Shown piece after piece: positions 36,300 to 43,668 of a DNA stretch of 43,668 nt. This DNA comes from an uncultured Methanosarcinales archaeon (lineage in GTDB: Archaea > Nanobdellota > Nanobdellia > Woesearchaeales > DATDXC01). A program made the position numbers and the translations under genes. Each line of letters opens with the position of its first letter. Position 1 is the first letter of the stretch. The stretch is from the NCBI GenBank assembly GCA_964510025.1, contig CAZDZV010000005.1, forward strand, positions 62,001 through 105,668. The letters run 5' to 3'. The notes beneath the pieces are model-generated. The model ran no database searches. It was not told the DNA's origin and saw only the letters and a list, made by a program, of their open reading frames with translations.

Positions 36300-37042
36300 T
36301 CGCGGTGGAGGGGCTGTGGAAGGCGTTCGGCGACACGCCGGTGCTCCGGGGCGTGTCGCTGCAGGTCGCCGCGGGCGAAAGCTGCGTCGTGATCGGCGGC
36401 TCGGGCACGGGAAAATCCGTCCTTCTCAAGTGCATCCTCGGCCTCGTTCAACCGGATGCCGGGACCGTCTCGTTCGAGGGAAGGCCGCTGACGCAGGGGA
36501 ATCGCGCGGCGTTCCTCGACCGGTTCGGCATGCTGTTCCAGGGCGCGGCGCTGTTCGATTCCCTGCCCGTCTGGCAGAACGTCGCCTTCCGCCTGCTGCG
36601 CGGCGCGGCGAAGCGCCCCCGGGAGGAGGCGCGCGCCATCGCGCTGGAAAAGCTGCGCCGGGTCGGCCTGTCGGCGGACGTGGCCGACCTGTACCCGGCC
36701 GAGCTGTCCGGCGGGATGCAGAAGCGCGCGGGCCTCGCGCGCGCGATCGCCGCCGATCCCGAGATCATCTTCTTCGACGAGCCTACGACGGGCCTCGATC
36801 CGATCCTCGCGGGCGTGATCAACGCGCTGATCCGCGAGATCGTCACCGAGATGGGCGCCACCGCGATCACCATCACCCACGACATGACCTCGGTGCGCGC
36901 CATCGCCGACCGGGTGGCGATGCTGCATGACGGGGTCGTCCAGTGGCAGGGGACCGTCGCAGAAATGGACATCACGCCAGACCCTTGCGTGTCGCAGTTC
37001 ATCCACGGCCGGGCCGAGGGGCCGATCAGCGCGCTGCGCTAG
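36296..37042 (+). CDS. mlaF: MlaF-family ABC ATPase
   Basis: [34 protein letters not shown]. Confidence 0.95.
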   Translation: MIAVEGLWKAFGDTPVLRGVSLQVAAGESCVVIGGSGTGKSVLLKCILGLVQPDAGTVSFEGRPLTQGNRAAFLDRFGMLFQGAALFDSLPVWQNVAFRLLRGAAKRPREEARAIALEKLRRVGLSADVADLYPAELSGGMQKRAGLARAIAADPEIIFFDEPTTGLDPILAGVINALIREIVTEMGATAITITHDMTSVRAIADRVAMLHDGVVQWQGTVAEMDITPDPCVSQFIHGRAEGPISALR

Positions 37043-38520
37043 TTCTCGTCCGGCAGGGCCGGCAGGTCGAAGATCTGGCCGGGATAGATCAGGTCGGGGT
37101 CGCGGATCTGGTCGTCGTTGGCCTCGAAGATGTGGACATAGTCGAAGCCGCTGCCGTAGCGATCGCTGGCGATGCCCCACAGCGTGTAGCCCGGCTGCAC
37201 GGTGATCAGGCGCGCGCGCAGCGCGGTCTGCCCCGGCGCGTCGACGGCGCCCGTTTCGAGCCGGGCGAGCCCCGCCGGATCCTCGCGCTTGAAGGGCGTC
37301 TCGAACCGCGAGACGACCCGGCCCGACCGGTCGAGCTGGTCCACCCGCAGCGTGTACAGGCCGCTGCGGAGCTCGGCGATGGGCAGCCGCCAGGTGCCGT
37401 CGGCACGGATGGGCGCGCTGTCCACGGGCGCACCGTCGAGATACACGCGCACCGAATCCACAGGCGGCGGGGGCGGCGCCGAGCGGCCCTCCAGGAGCAC
37501 CGCGCCGTCGGCGGCGTAGCTGATCACGTCCACCGTCACCCGGTCCGCGGGCTGCGCGCCCGGCGCTGCGGGCTGCAGCATCCGCACGCCCTCGCGGTCG
37601 GCGAACAGCACCGCCGGCGCCGCCCCCCCCGGCCGGGGCGCCTCCGCCGACGCCTCCGGACGCGGAAGCGGCGGCTCCGCGCCGCCGGTCGGCCGCGCCG
37701 CGCGGGCCGATCGCTCCGTCGCGGCCCCGGTCGCGCCGGTCCGCGCCGGAGCCGGAACGGCGGCGCGCAATTGCGGCGGCGCTGCCGCGCCCTTGCCGCT
37801 CGCCACGCCGGATCCGCGTGTCTTTCCCGGCAGATCCGCGACGGTGTTCGGCCGTGCGGGCCGCACCGGCGAGGCGTCCACCGCGGCGGCCGTTTCCGGC
37901 GCGCCTTGCCGGGGGGCGCGGCCGTTCCTCGCCGGGGCAGCCGGCGCCGAGGCGGCGGGGCGGGCCCGCGCCGCGCCGGGCGACGGGGCGATCACCACCG
38001 CTCCGGCGGCACGCCGCTCGGCGCCGTCGGGGTCGCGCGCGACGAGTTCGAGCACACGCCCGCCGTCGTCCCGCGGCAGATCGAGGAAGAGCACGAAACC
38101 GCCACGGTCGTCCGCCCGTGCGGTGGCGGCGGTGGCCCCGTCGACGTCGACGCGCACCGCCTCCCCCGGTTCGGCCCGGCCCGCCACGAGCACCGAGCCG
38201 TCCGCCTCGGCCCGTACCAGCTCGAACCGCGGCGCGGGCCGCGCGGCGGTCGCGTTCGCGAGGCCCGCTCGATCGCGGAGGGGCGCGGCCGCCACGTCGT
38301 CCGCCAGGTCCGCCCGGGCCGGGCCGTCCGAGCCCGCAGGCGGCGCGCTGGCCGCTTCGCGCCCGTCCGAGGGAGGGGCAGCCGCCTCCGGGGCCGGAAG
38401 CCGAGGCGCGTCGCGGGGGCCTGCCCAGAAGACGGCGTGCACGACCCACGCGGCGGCGGCGATGCTCGCCCCGCCCCCCAGGACCATGCCGGTCCGGTTG
38501 CCCCAGCTGCGCCGTGCCAT
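37039..38520 (-). CDS. LysM-domain protein with two Ig-like repeats and Ala/Pro linker
   Basis: C-terminal TVQPGYTLWGIA..IFEAN..IRDPDLIYPGQ; repeated DG.V...GR..VRV..DG. Confidence 0.9.
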   Translation of the reverse strand: MARRSWGNRTGMVLGGGASIAAAAWVVHAVFWAGPRDAPRLPAPEAAAPPSDGREAASAPPAGSDGPARADLADDVAAAPLRDRAGLANATAARPAPRFELVRAEADGSVLVAGRAEPGEAVRVDVDGATAATARADDRGGFVLFLDLPRDDGGRVLELVARDPDGAERRAAGAVVIAPSPGAARARPAASAPAAPARNGRAPRQGAPETAAAVDASPVRPARPNTVADLPGKTRGSGVASGKGAAAPPQLRAAVPAPARTGATGAATERSARAARPTGGAEPPLPRPEASAEAPRPGGAAPAVLFADREGVRMLQPAAPGAQPADRVTVDVISYAADGAVLLEGRSAPPPPPVDSVRVYLDGAPVDSAPIRADGTWRLPIAELRSGLYTLRVDQLDRSGRVVSRFETPFKREDPAGLARLETGAVDAPGQTALRARLITVQPGYTLWGIASDRYGSGFDYVHIFEANDDQIRDPDLIYPGQIFDLPALPDEN

Positions 38521-38624
38521 CGCCTTCCCCCGGCAGGCCAGTCGAAAGATGCTGACGCCGCTTGTGAGCGTCGGTCAAGATCGCTACTCCACCACAAGAT
38601 ATAGGTGAAGCGGATGTGACTGCC

Positions 38625-39200
38625 ATGCCCCACGGCCCGTTCTCGGTCTGCGTCTATTGCGGCTCGCGCGACGGGGCCGATCCCGCCTTCGCGGCCGACG
38701 CCGAGGCCGTGGGCCGCCTGCTCGCCGGCCGCGGCTGGCGGCTGGTCTACGGCGCGGGCGATGTCGGGCTGATGGGGCGCGTGGCCCGGGCGGCGCAGGC
38801 GGCCGGCGGGGCGACGTTGGGCGTGATCCCCGAGCATCTCATGGCCCGCGAGGTGGGCAAGCGCGACCTCGACACGCTCGTCGTCACCGAGACGATGCAC
38901 GAGCGCAAGAAGGTGATGTTCATGAACGCCGACGCCATCGTCGTCCTGCCCGGCGGCGCGGGCACCCTCGACGAGATGTTCGAGGCGCTCACCTGGCGCC
39001 AGCTCGGCCTACACGACAAGCAGGTTTTCCTTCTCAATACAAGCGGTTACTGGACACCCTTCACCGAACTTCTGAAAAGCGTCGTGGCGGGCGGCTTCGC
39101 CGCGCCGGATCTCGTGCGCATGGTCACGGTGGCGAGCAGCGTGGCCGCGCTCGGCGACGCGGTGGACTTCGTCGCCGCCTCGCGGGGGCACGGCGGCTGA
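38625..39200 (+). CDS. LOG family phosphoribohydrolase (TIGR00730-like)
   Basis: VCVYCGS, LVYGAG..GLMG, MHERK, PGGAGTLDE. Confidence 0.95.
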   Translation: MPHGPFSVCVYCGSRDGADPAFAADAEAVGRLLAGRGWRLVYGAGDVGLMGRVARAAQAAGGATLGVIPEHLMAREVGKRDLDTLVVTETMHERKKVMFMNADAIVVLPGGAGTLDEMFEALTWRQLGLHDKQVFLLNTSGYWTPFTELLKSVVAGGFAAPDLVRMVTVASSVAALGDAVDFVAASRGHGG

Positions 39201-39231
39201 ACGCCCGTGGCCCTGCGGGCCGCGGCCCGCC

Positions 39232-39855
39232 TCAGCCCTCGGCGCCGGCCTCGGGGGCGCTTCCGTCGCCGGGCGCGGTCGCGGGCGGCACCTCGCCCTC
39301 GCCGCAGGAGCGGGCGATGAGGTCCTCGAAGCGCTGGGTGAGCCAGGTCAGCGCCTGCTCCTGATCGGCGATCTCGCCGGCGATCTGCTCCTGCAGCGAC
39401 TGGAAGATCTGCTCCGAACGGCTGTCCTCCACGATCGGCAGGCCCTCGGTGCCGGCGACGAAATCGTAGACGATGAGCGCGATCACCACGAGCAGCATCC
39501 CCCGCAGCGCGCCGAACAGGAAGCCCAGCCCCTGGTCGATGGCGTTCAGCGCCGAGCGCTGCACGAGCGAGGAGAACAGCGGCGCGAACAGCGCAACCAC
39601 GATCAGTACCACCGCGAAGACCGCCGCGAAGGCGGCGATGGTGGAGGCCGCGCAGTTCTCGAGGAAGTCCGAGACGACGGGGATTTCGCGGATCAGCGGC
39701 TCGGCCCGCGGCGCGAACATGTAGGCGAGCACCGCGGCCGCCACCCAGCCCGCGATCGCCAGCGCCTCGCGCACGAAGCCGCGCGCATAGGCGAGGATCG
39801 CCGAGATCACGATGACGACGGCGACGCCCGCATCGACGAGAGTGAAGCCTTCCAT
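39232..39855 (-). CDS. cvpA: CvpA family membrane protein
   Basis: RGFVREAL, IDQGLGFLFGALRG; downstream of radA. Confidence 0.92.
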   Translation of the reverse strand: MEGFTLVDAGVAVVIVISAILAYARGFVREALAIAGWVAAAVLAYMFAPRAEPLIREIPVVSDFLENCAASTIAAFAAVFAVVLIVVALFAPLFSSLVQRSALNAIDQGLGFLFGALRGMLLVVIALIVYDFVAGTEGLPIVEDSRSEQIFQSLQEQIAGEIADQEQALTWLTQRFEDLIARSCGEGEVPPATAPGDGSAPEAGAEG

Positions 39856-39952
39856 GCGTCCGCCTTCCTGCCCCCCGCGGGGCCGGGCCCCGCGCCCCAT
39901 CCGGTCGTCCGGGGTCGCCGCGCCGCGGCGGGGACCCGCCCGGTCCGGCGCC

Positions 39953-41347
<1,395 letters not shown>

Positions 41348-41387
41348 GTCTGCGCTCATGCCCTGCCCGCGCCCGGGCGGCAAGGGC

Positions 41388-41441
41388 GGGTGCGGGGGCC
41401 AGCCCCCGCACCCCCGGAGTATTTGCGCCAAGATGATGGGG
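41388..41441. repeat. REP-like palindromic intergenic element
   Basis: GGGTGCGGGGGC-CA-GCCCCCGCACCC followed by CCGGAGTATTTGCGCCAAGATGATGGGG; single copy in window. Confidence 0.55.
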
Positions 41442-41554
41442 CAGCAGAGCGGGGGCCGGGCGGGCGCGGCGCCCTGCGGCGGGCCGCCCGGCCCCGAAGG
41501 CGGCGGTTGCGGCGTGCTGCGACGCGGGGCGCTGTCCGGTGGGGCGCGTGCCGC

Positions 41555-42334
41555 TCAGATCGTGGCGTTGGTCGCCCCGCCGTCGGCGAGGATGTTCTGG
41601 GCCACGATGAAGCCCGCATGGACCGAGCAGAGAAAGGCGCAGGCGGCGCCGAACTCGTCCGCCGTGCCGTAGCGGCGCACGGGGATCGTGGCCTCGCGCC
41701 GGGCCCGCGCCTCGTCGATCGTGATGCCCTCGCGCTCGGCCACGCCGCCGTCGAGCGACACGGCGCGGTCGGTGGCGTGGATGCCCGGCAGAAGGTTGTT
41801 GATCGTCACCCCGTGCTGGGCGACCTGCCGCGCGGTGCCGGCCACGTAGCCCGTGAGCCCCGTGCGCGCGGCGTTGGACAGGCCGAGCGCGGGGATCGGC
41901 GCCTTTACCGACTGCGAGGTGATGTTGACGACCCGGCCCCAGCGCCTGTCGATCATCTTCGGCAGGAGCTCGGTCATCAGGGCGATGGGCGTCAGCATGT
42001 TGGCGTCGAGCGCCGCGATGAAGTCCTCGCGCCCCCAGTCGGACCAGACGCCCGGCGGCGGCCCGCCCGCATTGGTCACCAGGATGTCGACGTCGCCGGC
42101 GGCCGCGAGCACCTCGGCGCGGCCCTCCTCTGCGGTGATGTCGGCGGCGATCGTCGTGACGGTCACGCCGTGGGCGGCGCGGATCGCCTCGGCCGCCTCG
42201 GTCAGCGCCTCGGCCCCGCGCGCGTTCATCACGAGATCGACGCCCGCGGCGGCGAGCGCCTCGGCACAGCCGCGCCCGAGCCCCTTGGACGAGGCGCAGA
42301 CGAGCGCCTTTCTGCCGGCGATTCCGAGATCCAT
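41555..42334 (-). CDS. Short-chain dehydrogenase/reductase
   Basis: ASSKGLG, LVTNAGGPPPG, LSNAAR, NILADGG; start MDLGIAGRK with SD AGGGAG. Confidence 0.93.
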   Translation of the reverse strand: MDLGIAGRKALVCASSKGLGRGCAEALAAAGVDLVMNARGAEALTEAAEAIRAAHGVTVTTIAADITAEEGRAEVLAAAGDVDILVTNAGGPPPGVWSDWGREDFIAALDANMLTPIALMTELLPKMIDRRWGRVVNITSQSVKAPIPALGLSNAARTGLTGYVAGTARQVAQHGVTINNLLPGIHATDRAVSLDGGVAEREGITIDEARARREATIPVRRYGTADEFGAACAFLCSVHAGFIVAQNILADGGATNATI

Positions 42335-42510
42335 GTGCGTGCTCTCCCTGTTGCGGTCGCCCCGCGCCTTAGCACCGGGGCGCGCGGGCGGGAAGGCGGG
42401 TTGCCGCCGCTCGCCCGCGGCAGCCGCCCGCCCGTTGCCCCGCGCCCCCGGCGCGGCTATCGGAAGGCGACACGGGGCACCGGGAGCGGCGAGGGGGCAC
42501 GGGAGGGCCG

Positions 42511-43545
42511 ATGACAGACGAGCCGACGACACGACGGCCGAGCTATACGTGCCGGGTGCTGCCGGGCGCGGCGATGCAGGCGGTGGCCGGCGTCAACCAG
42601 GGTGACGCCGTGGGCACGACCGAGCCGCTCTGCCCCGGCGACATCTATCGTCTCGATGCCGGGGCGGAGCCGCTCGACCTCGCCATCGCCGATGCGGCCG
42701 TGACCGCCGGGGCCTCGGGCGGCGTGCCGGTGCTGTGCCCGGGTGCAGCGCATGCCGTGGCCGCGGAAAGCGAGATCGGCACGCCGGGCGCGGCCCTGCG
42801 CCTGGCCGCGCGGCTCACCTTTCTCGCGCCCGACGGGCACTCGCTCGACGTGATCCTGATCGAGGCGCAGCCACCCGACGGGGAGGCCGAGCCGCTGCTT
42901 TTCCCGCTCGGCCCGGTGGAGGCCGGCCTCGACTACGTGCTCGCGGGCGCGGGCGCGGCAGAGGAAGTGCGGCTGGCCGAGGTCGTGCCCTTCGCCTTCG
43001 CCGCCGGCACGCGCGTCACCGCCGCCGACGGGCGCATGATCGAGGTCGAGCGGCTCGCCCCCGGCGACCTCGTGCTCACCCGCGACGGCGGCAAGCGGCC
43101 CGTGCGCGCGGTGCTCCCGCGCACCGAGCGCGCGCTCGGCGCTCACGCGCCGGTGGTGATCCCGGCCGGCACGCTGGGCAACGCCGGCGACCTGATCCTG
43201 AGCCAGCACCAGCGGCTGCTCGTCTATCAGCGCGGGCCCGACCGGCTGACCGAGACCCCCGAACTGCTGGTGCGGGCGGGCGATCTCGTCGACGGCGAGA
43301 CGGTGACGCTGCGGCGCGGCGGCTTTGTCGACTACGTGAGCCTTGCGCTCGACCGCCATGAGATGCTCTTCGCCGAGGGTGTGGCGGTGGAGAGCCTCGA
43401 GGTCAACGCCGCCACCCTGCCCCGCCTGCCGGACTCGCAGGCGCAGGCGGTGGCCGGCCTCGACCATGCGCCCCACCATGGCACCGAGGCGGGCCGGGCG
43501 CTCGCCGCCGAGGCGCGGGCGCGGCTCTTCGGCGGCAAGGCGTGA
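42511..43545 (+). CDS. Hint-domain protein (Rhodobacteraceae-type bacterial intein-like)
   Basis: FAAGTRV..DG..VERLAPGDLVLTRDGG, PVVIPAGTLGN, FAEGVAVESL. Confidence 0.88.
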   Translation: MTDEPTTRRPSYTCRVLPGAAMQAVAGVNQGDAVGTTEPLCPGDIYRLDAGAEPLDLAIADAAVTAGASGGVPVLCPGAAHAVAAESEIGTPGAALRLAARLTFLAPDGHSLDVILIEAQPPDGEAEPLLFPLGPVEAGLDYVLAGAGAAEEVRLAEVVPFAFAAGTRVTAADGRMIEVERLAPGDLVLTRDGGKRPVRAVLPRTERALGAHAPVVIPAGTLGNAGDLILSQHQRLLVYQRGPDRLTETPELLVRAGDLVDGETVTLRRGGFVDYVSLALDRHEMLFAEGVAVESLEVNAATLPRLPDSQAQAVAGLDHAPHHGTEAGRALAAEARARLFGGKA

Positions 43546-43565
43546 TCGCGCAGGAGGAGACAGGG

Positions 43566-43668
43566 ATGCAGACCGATTTCGACTGGACGCGCGCGCAGTT
43601 CCACCTGCCCGAGGGCGTCACCTATCTCGACGGCAACTCCCTCGGCCCCCTGCCCCGCGCGGCGGCCG
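43566..43668 (+). CDS. kynU: Kynureninase, 5' fragment
   Basis: MQTDFDWTRAQFHLPEGVTYLDGNSLGPLP; SD AGGAGGAG. Confidence 0.88.
   Translation, partial: MQTDFDWTRAQFHLPEGVTYLDGNSLGPLPRAAA

Noticed and set aside
42511..43545. Mobile intein
   Set aside because: No host extein, no homing endonuclease and no terminal His-Asn; it is a stand-alone Hint protein

Overview
The window is two unrelated genomes joined at about nt 35087/35088. Nt 1-35087 is AT-rich archaeal DNA, most consistent with a DPANN/Woesearchaeota-type organism. Archaeal markers include ATP-dependent ligase, FtsZ2-type ftsZ, dph5, intron-containing tRNA-Gln(UUG), uS15, the L1-P0-P1 operon, rpoE1-spt4-S24e-S27ae, class I CCA enzyme, Taw1 and BRE/TATA promoters. 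This part carries a complete bacterial-type MEP isoprenoid pathway (dxs, ispG, dxr, ispD-ispF fusion, ispE, ispH), split by a tandem-HTH gene and preceded by TATA-like promoters. Nt 35088-43668 is very GC-rich alphaproteobacterial (Rhodobacteraceae-like) DNA: alr fragment, mlaE, mlaF, LysM, LOG, cvpA, radA, SDR, Hint protein and the kynU start. The junction truncates dut and alr mid-gene and has no mobile-element signature, so it is most likely an assembly chimera. The most unexplained signals are non-coding and flank ftsZ. Upstream lies a divergently oriented array of hairpins that all display the loop CGCCAA. Downstream lies a three-hairpin element complementary to the ftsZ ribosome-binding region, followed by a very AT-rich tract. 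Candidate S15 and L1 autoregulatory leaders and two small genes missed by the ORF track were also found. All calls come from motif recognition by eye; no searches were run.
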